From Chiloscyllium plagiosum (lineage: Eukaryota), in assembly GCF_004010195.1 (NCBI RefSeq), contig NC_057719.1, positions 87,056,274 through 87,120,273 on the forward strand: a stretch of DNA of 64,000 bases, given 5' to 3'. The notes below the pieces were generated by a model. It was given only the letters and a program-made list of their open reading frames with translations. It ran no database searches and had not been told where the DNA came from. This document shows positions 13,025 through 24,963 of this stretch, piece by piece (positions within the stretch are counted from its first letter, which is position 1; the number at the start of each line of letters is the position of its first letter). Both the position numbers and the translations under genes were made by a program.

Positions 13025-13118
13025 GTAATGATGAAGGAAGCTGCTTTTCTTTTCTGAGATTCATAGATGTATCACCATCTGAAATGTCAAATATGATGCT
13101 TCAAGGGATGCTTGCAAG
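13025..13118 (+). CDS. INO80: INO80 coding exon (window exon 4)
   Basis: cttgactcag|GT...AG|gtgagt; 94 nt, phase 1/2; (G)NDEGSCFSFLRFIDVSPSEMSNMMLQGMLA(R). Confidence 0.95.
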
Positions 13119-14619
13119 GTGAGTGCTGTTGCTTTATTCAGTTAGATTATGAATGAAATTCATTGAGCAAACCTGACCCTGTGTATCTGGGGTTACAAAT
13201 TATGAAGACTAGGTCAAAGATATCAAGTCATGAAAGGCGAAGAATGAGGGATCATAGCTGTAAGAATAACAGACAAATAGATGTGAGTAAATGTGATTAG
13301 AACTATCTAGTCTTGTGGAGGGTAAACCCACAAAAATAGACTGGGGGTGATACCTCCCAATTGAGGAAATTTACTTGAGATATTGTCCTTTGAAGAAGCA
13401 CATGATTGTGAGTGAGCAAACAATAACAATAGATCAAAACACTATTTGATTAATCGAAATATGCTTCATAAGTCATAGTGAAAGTAGTTGAGGCACTGAA
13501 TGTGACAAAAATCGATCTAAGAGGAAATATTAAAAGAACTGACTTAATCTAATGTTGAGAAGTCAACAAGAGTGGATGGGATGCATCTAAGGATACTAAG
13601 GGAAGTGAGGGTGAAGGTTGTGGAAGGTCCGGTTATAACTTCCCAAACCACCTCTGATATCTGGATGGTGTTAGATAATTCCAAATGTTTATTCAAAAAA
13701 TGGTGTTCTGGATAAACCCAGTTAATACAGGCCAGTTAGTACACCCAGTTAATGTCATACAGTTCAATATCAGTGGTAGGAAAGCTTTTAGAAAAATTAC
13801 ATTGGGACAAAAATAACTCACTTGTATAAATGTGGATTCAGCACAGATTTGTAAAGGAAATTGTCATCAACTAACTTGAGATTTTTTTGTTGCGTCCTAG
13901 AGGGTTGATGAGTGTAATGAGGCTGATATGGTGCGTAAGAAGTTACAAAAGGCACAGAAACAGTCCCTTCGGTCCAACCAGTCTATGCTGAACATAATCA
14001 CAAACTAAACTAGTCCCAACTGCCTGCTCCTGGCCAACATCCCTCAAACCTTGTATTTGTTGAATATGTTTTAAACGTTGTCTTTTTAACATTGTAAGTG
14101 TACCCGCATCCACCACTTCCTCAGGAAGTTCATTCCACTTGCGAACTTGCCTCTATATAAAAAATTTAGCCCTTTTGTCTTTTTGAAAATTGTCTCCTGA
14201 AACAAGTGCCTCTGAGTCATAAAATCCCCTATCTTAGGGAAATGGCAATTACCACTAACTCTATCTATACACCTCATTATTTTATAAATTTCTATAGGTG
14301 AGAACCTCTCAACCTCCTACTCTGCAGTCAAAAAATTCCCAGCCTTTGTTTCTAACTCTAATCTACCATACCTGGCAACATCCTGATAAATCTTTTGCAA
14401 ATCCTCTCCAGCTTGATAATATCCTTTCTGTAACTGGGCAACCAGAACTGGACAGAGTATTCCAGAAGAGGCCTCACAAATGTCCTATACAACCTCAACA
14501 TGACTTCCCGACTCATATACTCAAAGGACTGAGCAATGACGGCAAGTGTGATGCAGTGATATTAATCTTTCAGGCAAGCTGATGCCTGTGGAATAAATGA
14601 GACAGGGGATTATGGATAT

Positions 14620-14836
14620 GAGCTGAAAATGTGTTGCTGGAAAAGCGCAGCAGGTCAGGCAGCATCCAGGGAACAGGAGAATCGACGTTTCGGGCATAAG
14701 CCCTTCTTCAGGAAGGGCTTATGCCCGAAACGTCGATTCTCCTGTTCCCTGGATGCTGCCTGACCTGCTGCGCTTTTCCAGCAACACATTTTCAGCTCTG
14801 ATCTCCAGCATCTGCAGACCTCTCTTTCTCCTCAAA
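14620..14836. mobile_element. Non-autonomous palindromic PLE terminal-repeat unit (family A) with 14-bp flanking duplication
   Basis: Perfect 87-bp inverted arms 14620-14706 and 14712-14798; gattatggatatga at 14608-14621 and 14837-14850; same sequence terminates the PLE at 49665-49770. Confidence 0.9.
14684..14711 (-). ncRNA. Minimal hammerhead ribozyme motif (PLE family A), intact core
   Basis: Minus strand: CUGAAGA-A-GGGC(UUAU)GCCC-GAAA-CG-UC. Confidence 0.75.
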
Positions 14837-15929
14837 GATTATGGATATGAAATTGGCTGAGTGATGGAAAACCGTAGGCTTTTTTGGGACTGGAGGAAGT
14901 GGAGTTCCATGGAGGTCACTGTTAGGATTTCTGCTTTTCCAATTATTAATAGTTTAGACTTGGGTGTATTAGGTACAATGTCATAATCTGTGGATGACAC
15001 AAGACTTGGAAGTAATGTGTGCTCTGAGGAACTATGCTAATCTTCAAAAGAGCATAGATTAATCAGTCAGGTGATGCATGAAAATTAAAATAAGGGAATT
15101 ATTTTGATAAGGTAGAGACAAGGTTTTTTTTTAAAAAAATGTACAATGCTTAAGGAGTTAGAGCAGGGGGATCGGGCAATATTTGTGCGTAAACCATTGA
15201 AGATGGCAGGGTAAGCTTGTAAAGTGATTAATTAAACTTATAAATAGCAAATTTACAAATGCAAGGAACTTGTGTTAAATCTGTGTTTCTTTGAAAGTTA
15301 GCTTGGCGTTATCTAGAGTATTACATCCGGTTCAGTGCACTCTATTTTTGGAAATACAAAAAGATTTAAAGTGCAGAAAAGATTCACCAGAATAGTTCCA
15401 GGGTTGGGGCAACATAGCTGATTAGAATGGATAGACTGTGGTGGTTCTTGTAGATGAGAGATTTGATAGATGTGTTTCAACTTGGTAAGATTCTGTGGAG
15501 TAGATAGGGGGAAAAGCTATTCTCGGTGGCAGAAGAATTGAGAGCCAGAGAGTACTGGTTTTAGTTTGGTAAAGGAAATAGTGACTTGGAAAGCCTGCAG
15601 GGCTAGAAACGATTGCTTAGTTTGTGTTATGTTAACTGAGCGGCTGAAAAGGTTTTCAAGATGGTTAGTCTTCTTACAAAAAGCTGTTTCCTGGCTGTTT
15701 CCTCTGCCTTTTTCTGACCTGGTATTGCTTGCGAATATATTACTTTTTCTGTATTGTTGAGCTTGTTTCAGTTTAGAATCCTGCCCTATTATTGTTTTAT
15801 TGTTGGGGGGCAGCAGGTGGTAACTGGGCTAATATGCTCTGGGATAATATAACAAAGTTTAATTGCAGAAACTGTGAAATTGGATGATGACTTTTAGTAC
15901 ATCTCAATGTTACCATTTCCTCTCTGCAG

Positions 15930-16095
15930 ATGGTTAGCTCTTTTCTTATCACAGAAAGCTGCCTATAGGCTTCACCATGCACGCAGTTGGAGAGAGAGTG
16001 AGGTGAAGAGGCAACATCTGAGCAACACAGACCTGATTCTGTGGGTAGATTCCTGCACATCTTTCCCCAACATCCACAGCAGTAAAGGTTTCCAG
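15930..16095 (+). CDS. INO80: INO80 coding exon (window exon 5)
   Basis: tctctgcag|A...CAG|gtgaga; 166 nt, phase 2/0; WLALFLSQKAAYRLHHARSWRESEVKRQHLSNTDLILWVDSCTSFPNIHSSKGFQ. Confidence 0.93.
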
Positions 16096-16689
16096 GTGAG
16101 AGAGATCATATATGTAACAGAACACAGAAACAGTTATGTCCATGTCTTAAAACATCCACAAATGAGTCAGGAGCGTTGTGAGATGAGATTTATTGCTAGA
16201 CTTCTAAAGGCCTGAACATAACTATTAGCCAAGAAAGGAGTCATAGTTATACAGCAACAAAGCAGACCCTTCAGTCCAAACCAGTCCATGCCGACTATAA
16301 TCCCAAACTAAACTAGTCTCACCTGCCTGCGCTTGGCTCATATCCCTCCATTTTCTTGATGTATGTGCATCACCAAAGAGTTTGGCTCTTAAGGATTTCT
16401 TACCTTTTGAAGTTACCTCTGCTATTGGCTCTGTATTGTCAGCATGCATTCATGTTCATTTAGGGGTGAAAGTTGCTTGGGATGGTCCATGTAGTTCTGT
16501 GAAGGAGGATGATTCAGTGAATTTCAGGATTGTCATGGGGAATGAAACAGCTCAGTGGAATGTCAAACACCCAAACAAATTTAACCTGTGTTTTAAAAAC
16601 AAAACTAATTGTCAGCTATTGTGAGCTCAGTGGTAAAAAGTGAACTTTGAATTAGAAAGCCTCTTGGAGCGTCTTCTGCCAATTGCTCA

Positions 16690-17336
16690 TAACAAACCCA
16701 AACAAGCAGACAGAATGTAACCAAAAACTATAATCCACATTACCTTATATCAAAGACATATCAGAAATGACATCCAGACTACTCAGACCCCTTGGCGTCA
16801 TAGTAGCCCACAAACCTACAAACACACTTTAAACAGCATCTAATGAACCTAAAGGATCCAATAGATGGTACCAGCAAAACTAATGTCATTTTCAAGATAC
16901 CATGCTAGAGCTATTAAAACAAACTACATCAGACCAACTACCAGGAAACTTGCCACCAGGACATATGAATGCCAACTGGCCACCAAAAGATACGACCCAC
17001 AATCACTAGTTTCTATACATACAGACAAAAAAGGACACCACTTAGACTGGGACACAACACACATCCTATGACAGGCGAAATAAACACGAGTGTGAGAATT
17101 CTTAGAGGCATGGCATTCTAACCAGAACTCCATCAATAAACATATCAATTTAGACCCTATCTACCTTCCATTGGGGGAAAGAAAATGAACCAGAAATGAC
17201 ATCACCCACCTTAAGAAACCAAGACCTACACATGGAAAGGTGGATCATACCACCAGCACTTCACCAGAGACTCTCATTGATTATGTTTCCTAGTATAGTG
17301 ACTAAACATCTGAAAGCAAACCATCAAACTCAGCTT
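16690..17336 (+). mobile_element. Penelope-like element 3' fragment (GIY-YIG endonuclease region, family C-like)
   Basis: Frameshifted remnants LPYIKDISEMTSRLLRPLG, KTNVIFKIPC, RKLATRTYECQLA, DWDTTHIL, EFLEAWHSNQNSINKHINLDPIY; decayed hammerhead at 17274-17313. Confidence 0.88.
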
Positions 17337-17875
17337 AGTGTCCTGCCTATTGCTAGCTGTATGTTCAAGTTTTAGTCCCTTTCATGCTCATGATGAAACA
17401 ACTATGACAATCTTTACATCTGTGGACCATCATTGGAAGCATTAGCTGAAGCGCTTGAGACTAAGTTCCTTTTTAATGTTTACAGTTCATTTAGCCAATA
17501 TTTATCAGTCTGGTACAGCAGTTAAAGGCCATTTGATTTTTTTTTTAATTCATGGATTCATTGTGTTATTTAATAATGCAGTGGAATCAGGGATGTTGTG
17601 AAGAGACATAACTTGCTTCAGCTGTGTAAAATTATTGAAATCTGAATCCTGAAGTATTCTGGCATCCCACATTGTTTATTAGAATTCTCATTCAAAGTAT
17701 GTGCCTTTCTGTGCGTTACAGATGGGCGATCCACTATTCTTTTCTGTTTGGATTAGCCATTTTGATAATATACAAACATGCTTTGCAATGGAACGCATTG
17801 CGTATTGCTCTTCTAATTACTATTGTTTTGGGATGTTGCTGCTATCATGTGTGAACAATCTGTTCTGGCTCACAG

Positions 17876-18016
17876 GATCTTTGTTTTACTGGCTATTGCA
17901 AAGCAGTAATAAGCCACACCCAGCACCTTATCCATCGACGAAAATTGGCTACCTCATCCATCCGCCACAGTCAGACCACAGAAATGCCAGCTTTTCTCTA
18001 CAACAGCATACCCAAG
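17876..18016 (+). CDS. INO80: INO80 coding exon (window exon 6; this reading frame is absent from the ORF track)
   Basis: ggctcacag|GAT...AAG|gtgagc; 141 nt, phase 0/0; DLCFTGYCKAVISHTQHLIHRRKLATSSIRHSQTTEMPAFLYNSIPK aligns with the mammalian segment SLVFSSHCKAV...ATSSLRR..TELPSFL...PR. Confidence 0.9.
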
Positions 18017-18789
18017 GTGAGCATCCAATTTCATTCATTTTAGTTTTCACTATCACAGTGGGAGCATTGAAAGTTGTATTTTATGAATGAAGCCCTATCC
18101 CATTGAAAAGACATCTGGGTAAGTTGCACAAGACCAAAACTATGTACACCTTTAACAATGTAGGAAAATAGGTATGTGGGGGAGTCGAGGAAATGGAGAG
18201 GTATTTTATAAGTATGGAACTCTGCCTTTGATTCAGAGTATCAGTTTCAGACTCTACCAACTGTGCTCCCTTACCCACATTTTGCCCAGTTCCTCTCCTC
18301 GTTTCAGAGACCCACACTGTGTCTCAACCTCACCCACTGCCTGAAAGCAAAAGTGTTTCGACCCCCAATTAAGACCAGTTAGCATTATACTAATAAATCA
18401 CCAGAAAGTATGTTGTACCTTCTGTCCAAATTGCTGCAATAAACAGTGCTATTTAGATATTTTCAAGTATTTAATTTATTGCATGACAAAGCATTCAATT
18501 TAACTGACATGATTGGATCAACAATGTAAGTACTTTATTGGAAGTGGCTGTGCTTTCAAAGCTCTAGGTCTATAAATAGACAGTATTGTTTGTTTTCTGG
18601 GATGCTGGAGAGAGTTAGATTGCTGAGGGATTTACTATACCTGTGTAAACAGCCAGCTGTCTCATTGCTGATAATGTCTATCTCTCAGCAACAAACCAGT
18701 AGAGCATAGTTTTTACATGAGTAGGATGATGAACATTCTTTCTATGCGTATTCTTTTCTATGCTTGTTCTGTCCTATTTGCCTTTATTG

Positions 18790-19640
18790 CAACATGAATT
18801 TGTTTATTCATTGTTGGGATAGGAGGATTGCTGGTAAGGACAGCATTTATTGCTGCTACTTAATTGCCTTTGAACAGGTGGTGAAGACTCGCTTACTTGA
18901 ATCACTACAGTCCATGTGGTGTTGGTACACCTACACTCCTATTTGGAAGGGTGTTCCAGGATTTTGACTCAGGCATGGTGAAGGAACAACAACATAGTTC
19001 CAAGCCATGGTGAAGGAACAGCAATATAGTTCCAAGCCATGGAGGAATATCTACCGTTGATGGTAACTCCCCATACGTCTGTTCTTCTTGCTTTCCTTGG
19101 CAGTCTCAGTCGTGAGTTTGGAAGATTGTATTGAAGGAACTTCGGCAGTGTGCTGCGCTGCATTTGAAGATGTTACGCACATCAATGACTGTGCATAGGT
19201 GGTCAAGAGAATCCATATTCAGGTGGTGGATGCACTACCAGACAAGCGGACTGCTTTGTCTCGGATGCTATTGAGCTTAAATGATGATGGAGCTGCACTT
19301 CAGGCAAGCAGAGTATATTCATTTATACTCATGAGCCGTGTCTTGTAGATTGTGAACAGATTTTGGTGACTTCAATGTGTGGTACCTGCAGCAGAATTCC
19401 CCCCAACCTATTTTTATTGCCTAGATTTTTATTATTTTCATATTTATTTGGATGAGCCCATTCGGTTTCTGTTCACTTGTGGCCCTTCTCTCTCTTCCCC
19501 ACCACCCCCCCCACACGACCAACACACATCAATGTTAGGTTTTTTTTATCCAAGTGTGATGCCATTCACAGTCAAGAGGTGGTGGTTAGGTTGTCTCCTG
19601 TTGGAGATAGTCATGATCAAGCCAAGCCTTGTTGATGTAT
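18790..19640 (-). mobile_element. Decayed LINE 3' fragment (CR1/L2 group)
   Basis: Similar to 40560-41340 and reverse-complementary to 23890-24620 (gaaggaacagcaatatagttccaag versus cttggaactatatc). Confidence 0.6.
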
Positions 19641-19811
19641 CTTGGCGTTTTGGAGCTTTCTAATCCAGTTGCATGTATCTGCTGACTTGCATATCTTTTT
19701 TTCTTTTTTCTTTCTTTTTTGTACTTAATGAAGAGCATCATGTTCTAGATGTAGGAGCTTCATTCAGAAAGTACTCATGCTAAACATCTGTGTTGTTAAA
19801 AGCAAGGAACA

Positions 19812-20545
19812 TTTTGTCCAAGGTTTTATCATGTGCTCAGCAGAATAATTCACAAGAATAGAATCAACTGTAAGGTTAGAGTACTTAACGGTTCGCAATT
19901 GGATTCTGGTAGAAGTCTTGCCATGGAGAATGCACAAATTAATGATGACTGACAGTTAACTGCCACACTGTTTAAATTTTAAACTAGGTAAGTTGACTGG
20001 TGAGACGTTGTCCTGAGAAATGAGCTAGTGAATGACTATAACCTGTTTTGTTGGATTGAAACCATTGCAATGCATGCACATGTTGTTTCTGCCTGCAAAA
20101 AACAGACCCTGGTGTATTAATATGTAGCTTCCAGTACACACAATTGTGCCAAACTGGTAGCCTGAATGGCTATCTTAAATTGATTGCCAGTGTAATTCTT
20201 CACACATTGGGAATTATCCAGAAAATGTTCTTCATTGTGGAATCACATCTGAACTTGAATACTGTTGTGAGTTTCACAAGTGCAGGATAGTTGGATGTAG
20301 TTTGCTTGTTGCAAACAGCCACAGGGATATGCTATTTGATGTGATCTGCCAATCTTTGTGACCTATAGTCTACATACCTGACTTCATGCTATTGCTGAAA
20401 TAAGTAGACCGTGTTACATATTTGTGTGATAGGCTGAACACCGTTTTGGCTAAATGACAATATCCTTTCATGCGTTATAAAGATTTTTCCTCTTCATTTG
20501 TTTTCTACCGAGTTGCCCTGATGAGTGCAAGATGAAAATCTTCAA
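19812..20545 (-). mobile_element. Old Penelope-like element fragment (family D) with inverted hammerhead-like ends
   Basis: Minus strand remnants NTVYLFQ..VRYVD...RLADHIK and LEATYINT (GIY-YIG); ctgatgagtgcaagatgaaaatcttc at 20518-20543 and a decayed inverse at about 19815-19842. Confidence 0.65.
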
Positions 20546-21779
20546 AAAGAATTCAAGTAATACTGAAGTTCTGTACAACAAATTACTCTTCAATTTGGAC
20601 AAAAATAATTTCAGTATTCCCATAAGTGATTAAACTTATTTCTGTCCTTCACATAGTGCTTTACACTTTTAAAATCTCCTTCGAGACTGATTATTTAATT
20701 TTGGTTTTCCCAGCAACTAATTAAAAGAATCATGTATCCAAGATCTTACATTTTTTTAAGACTTTCATAGAAACAAACACACGTCAGTAGAAACTAAGCA
20801 CTCCTTGGCAGATAATATACCAAACTACAGCAACGGTACTTCTCGATTAACTAATTAAATCAACTGAATTTATTTTTCTGACCAGTTTGTGTTACACTAT
20901 AGCCTCATACTTTAAGTCCCACACACTGACAGAACTTTTCGTAGACTGCCATCTCTGTACCGTGGCCCCGCGAGTCTTTCAGCATTCTTTGAACGTTTCT
21001 TTACTGAGTTTTATCCTCAAACCATCTCCCAGCTGAGGGCTCACTCCACTGACCCATTATTTAACTCTATTGTCTTCCCGTATAGACAGCTAAATTTTAT
21101 AATCATCCTGCTCTGAAAGTAGTCACTTCTCTGCTTCATCCATCAGCCTGAAAAGCTGCATTGAAAAAGACCAGCTTCACCTCTTCAGTGCAAAACTGTG
21201 AAGGCTGTGTCGCTGATTTTCTAAGGTTTCAACATCTTTCCCCACGGAAACCAATTCACAAGACCTATATCCAGGCCAAGTTCATTATGATTTCACCATT
21301 TTCCATTTCAGGACATAACCTTAAAGGACATCATTTAATATCTAATCATATTATAGAATCTCATACATAGCAGCAGCCCTCTAAAATGTGAAGAGAAATA
21401 CCGCAGTATTGATATTTCTTTAACAGCATCAATGTTATTTTGTAACCATTTTGAAAACTACTCCATGAAGGTACAGCAAAAAAGAGGCACGAGTAAGTGT
21501 AGCATTTCGTTTTGCCGCCTCAGGGCAATGATTTCTACTACAAAAGAAAAGGGTGCTGATCATTGGATAAGGCATTCTTACGTGAAAGCAACAGAGAATG
21601 ATAGGTTTCAGGATGATAATTCAAAACAGGTGCATCACAGGTTGAGTGCAGTCTGTACTGTGCTTACAGCAAGTACATAAAAACGATTGTTTACCTCAGC
21701 AACTGGCTGATCGAATCATATGTCCTACATATCGCACAATATGTGTGAACACAGAAATTCGTATACAATGTTCCTTATC

Positions 21780-22400
21780 TGTTTGATAAACAGATCCTCT
21801 GGACTAGTACAGAAGATCATTGATTGAGGTCTATCATTCAGATTCATATATAGACCAAAGGCTGCCATTTGGGGAACCTCGTGTACCTCAAATTACCCTA
21901 AAAGTAGAAGTGTCAAGTTCAAACAAGACAAGCAAGCCATTTTGTGCTACTGTGTAGTGTCTGCATGAGTGGTTACCATCCATCAGTGGGCTGTTGGTGT
22001 CAATCCAAAAAGATATTTTCCCACTGCACAATTGAGCAATGTCGTCTTTGAATTTCAGTGCCTCGATGATACAAAGTACTGTACATAGGATGTACATCTG
22101 AGTTTTTGATCAATCAATCAGCATGTTATTTTGGTTGTAATGGACATCATAGACAGAGCATGGTTTCAAATCAACCAGACTACACGTGTAAAGCACAAAA
22201 CAATCTATTTGTAATGAGTCCACAGTTGTGAATATTTGCTCAATAATCCTGATTGTGATAATAGATAAAGTAACTAACTTAAGATGATTGCTCATAACAT
22301 AATCATTTATGCTTGCTAGAAGGAGCATATGTTCTGCAAGCTAAATAAATATTTCAAGACTTGCATCTTCTTTAAATTATCCAAGAACTTTGGGTGTCTG
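21780..22400 (+). mobile_element. Old Penelope-like GIY-YIG fragment
   Basis: aaagatattttccc...agcaatgtcgtctttgaatttcagtgc (KDIF...SNVVFEFQC) and ttatgcttgctagaaggagcatat (LCLLEGAY). Confidence 0.6.
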
Positions 22401-22504
22401 TAGTTCCCTGTTACTTCCTTTGTGGCAACACATTGGCCAATTGCTTGACCTGCCCTTTTTCTCCTACAATATAAATTGTTGCAATTGTTTGAAATTTAGT
22501 TGTA

Positions 22505-23880
22505 TGACCATAAAGCCATAAGAAATAAGAACCAGAGCAGACCATTCGGCCCTCAAGCTTGCACTGCCATTCAATAGTATCTTGGCATTCTTTATATTTA
22601 CTTTTGTGTTTTCTCTGTAACTGTTGAATCCAGTATTGATTAAAAATCTATCCATCTCAGTCTTAAATGTACGCGTGGACTCTTCCCCACAGCTCTGTGG
22701 AAAGGAGTTCCAAAGGCAATAAATCCTCTGAGAGAAGAAAATCTTCCTCATTTGAGTCTTACATTAAAGCACCTTTATTTTGAGACTATGCTGTCTGGTA
22801 GTAAACTCTCCCATGAGGGGAGACCTCTCGGCATTTACCCTGTCAAGCCCCATTAGAATCTTGTATATTTCGATGCAGTCATCTATCTATCTTCAAAATT
22901 CCAATGAGTGCAGGCCCAACCTGTTTAGCTTTTGCTCATAAGGCAATCCTTCCATACGTGGTGAACATTCTCAAGCTGCCCCCAATGAAGTGATATTGTC
23001 CCTTAGATAAGGGACCCAAAACTGCTCAGTCCTCCAGATGTGGTCTCACCAGCACCTTGTACAGTTGTAGTAGAACTTTCCTACTTGTGTCTGCCAACCC
23101 AATTTTGTTCTCCCTTCCAAAATGAGCTAATTCACATTTTCCCACATTTTACTCCATTTGTCAATTTACTTAACCGATTAATATCTATCTGTAAGCTGTT
23201 TGTGTCCCTCTCGCAACTTGCCTTTCCATTTATTTTTGTTGTCTGCCAATGTGGCTATGATATATTTACTTCCTTCATCGAAGCCATGAATATATATTGT
23301 AAACAGCTGTGGTCCCAGCAACGTTAAGATGCCTTGTCAAACATGTTCTGCAAGTCCCAAATTCAAGACATCTTTGAACATAGAACAATACAGCACAGAA
23401 CAGGCCCTTCGGCCAACAATGTTGTGCCGAACTTCTAACCTAGATTAAGTACCCATCCATGTACCTATCCAAATGCCGCTTAAAGGTCGCCAATGATTCC
23501 GACCCNNNNNNNNNNNNNNNNNNNNNNNNNNNNNNNNNNNNCTGTCTACTCTATCTATTCCTCTGGTCATCTTATAAACCTCTATCAAGTCACCCCTCAT
23601 CCTTCTCCGTTCCAACGAGAAAAGGCCGAGAACTCTCAACCTATGCTCGTACGACTTCCTCTCCATTCCAGGCAACATCCTGGTAAATCTTCTCTGCACC
23701 CTCTCCAAAGCTTCCACATCTTTCCTAAAGTGAGGCGACCAGAACTGCACACAGTACTCCAACTGTGGCCTAACCAAAGTCCTGTACAGGTTCTCCTCTA
23801 TCCACGCTGGTTAGGATTACCTTGGAAAAAGTCTAGTCAGACACTCTTTCTCTTTGTGAAACCATGCTGACTTTGCTTGA
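22505..23880 (-). mobile_element. Old CR1 fragment with a younger nested CR1 3' end (23377-23790; assembly gap 23506-23541)
   Basis: Minus ORFs VRPQLEYCVQFWSPHFRKDVEALERVQRRFTRMLPG and RKIFFSQRIYCLWNSFPQ. Confidence 0.85.
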
Positions 23881-23889
23881 TTAGATTAT

Positions 23890-24620
23890 GATGTCCTAGG
23901 CTAAACCGTTTTCAGCTACTATGCCAATGACCTTCTCTTGATCACAAGGTCAGAAGCAGGGCTATTTGCTAAGGATTGCACAATAGTCAGTCCATCCGCA
24001 ACTCTATGTACCAGCCCTTGCTGCAAATGGACAAATTCCAGACTTGAGCCATTCAAATTGGATCAGCCATGTAAATATTGTGGCCGTAAACAGGCAGGAG
24101 GCTGAGAGATCTGCCATATGTAACTACCGCCTGGCTCCACAAAGTGTCTCTACTGTCTCAGAGACACGAGTCAGGAGTATGACAAAGTACTCTGTTCAGC
24201 TGGATGATTGCAACTACAACAACACTCAATCTTAATACCATGAAAGCCAAAGCATCCAGCTTGATTAGCACCCCATCCATCATTTTGAACACTCATTCCC
24301 TCTACCACTGATCAATAATGTGTACCACCCACAAGTGTCATTAAGACTTCCTTGATAGCAACGTTGAAACCTGCAACTTCTATGAACCGCAAGGACAAAG
24401 GAAACTGACACATGGCAACTGTACCATGTGATTTCCCCTTGAGTCAATACCATCCTGACTTGGAACTATATCATGATCAATGTTGCTGGATCAGAATTTT
24501 GGAAGTCCCTTCCTAACAGCACTTGAATATACTTGCACCACGTTGACTGTAGTGGTTTCAGAAGGTAGCTGAGCTCCACTTCTTCAAGTACACCTAGGGA
24601 TGTACAATGAATGCTGGCAT
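23890..24620 (+). mobile_element. Decayed LINE 3' fragment (CR1/L2 group)
   Basis: gtcaggagtatgacaaagtactct, agccaaagcatccagcttgattagcacc, catcctgacttggaactatat; same family as 18790-19640. Confidence 0.6.
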
Positions 24621-24664
24621 TTACAAATTTTATGTAAGTAATGCAGGTTGAATGTGAGGAGCTT

Positions 24665-24963
24665 TAGAGTCATAGAGATGTACAGCATGGAAACAGACCC
24701 TTCAGTCCAACCCGACCAGATATCCCAACCCAATCACCCTAAACCTATGCCCTCTAGTTCTGGACTCCCTGACCTCAGGGAAAAGACTTTGCCTTTTATC
24801 CTATCCATGCCCTTCATGATTTTATAAACCTCTATAAGGTCACCCCTCAGCCTCCGACGCTCCAGGGAAAACTGCCCCAGACTGTTCAGCCTCTCCCTGT
24901 AGCTCAGATCCTCCAACCCTGGCAACATCCTTGTAAATCTTTTCTGAACCCTTTCAAGTTTCA
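24665..24963 (-). mobile_element. CR1 3' fragment
   Basis: KLERVQKRFTRMLPGLEDLSYRERLNSLGQFSLERRRLRGDLIEVYKIM. Confidence 0.9.

Larger units (their letters stand above)
13480..15600 (+). mobile_element. Old CR1 LINE with a nested minus-strand CR1 (about 13950-14565) and a nested palindromic PLE unit
   Basis: Decayed RT motifs on + (acaggccagttag, tggatgacacaagacttgg); minus 3' CR1 fragment in between. Confidence 0.7.

Noticed and set aside
14620..14798. Palindrome considered as a DNA-transposon MITE or a miRNA gene
   Set aside because: The arms match a Penelope terminal repeat, the unit has an asymmetric tail and a long TSD, and monomers exist; this fits retroelement origin
9237..19042. 30-40-bp direct repeats considered as CRISPR-like arrays
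   Set aside because: Only two adjacent units each, no spacers, eukaryotic TE context; simple tandem duplications
20575..21370. Possible solo LTR in reverse orientation
   Set aside because: Only a compositional impression; boundaries and TSD not demonstrable
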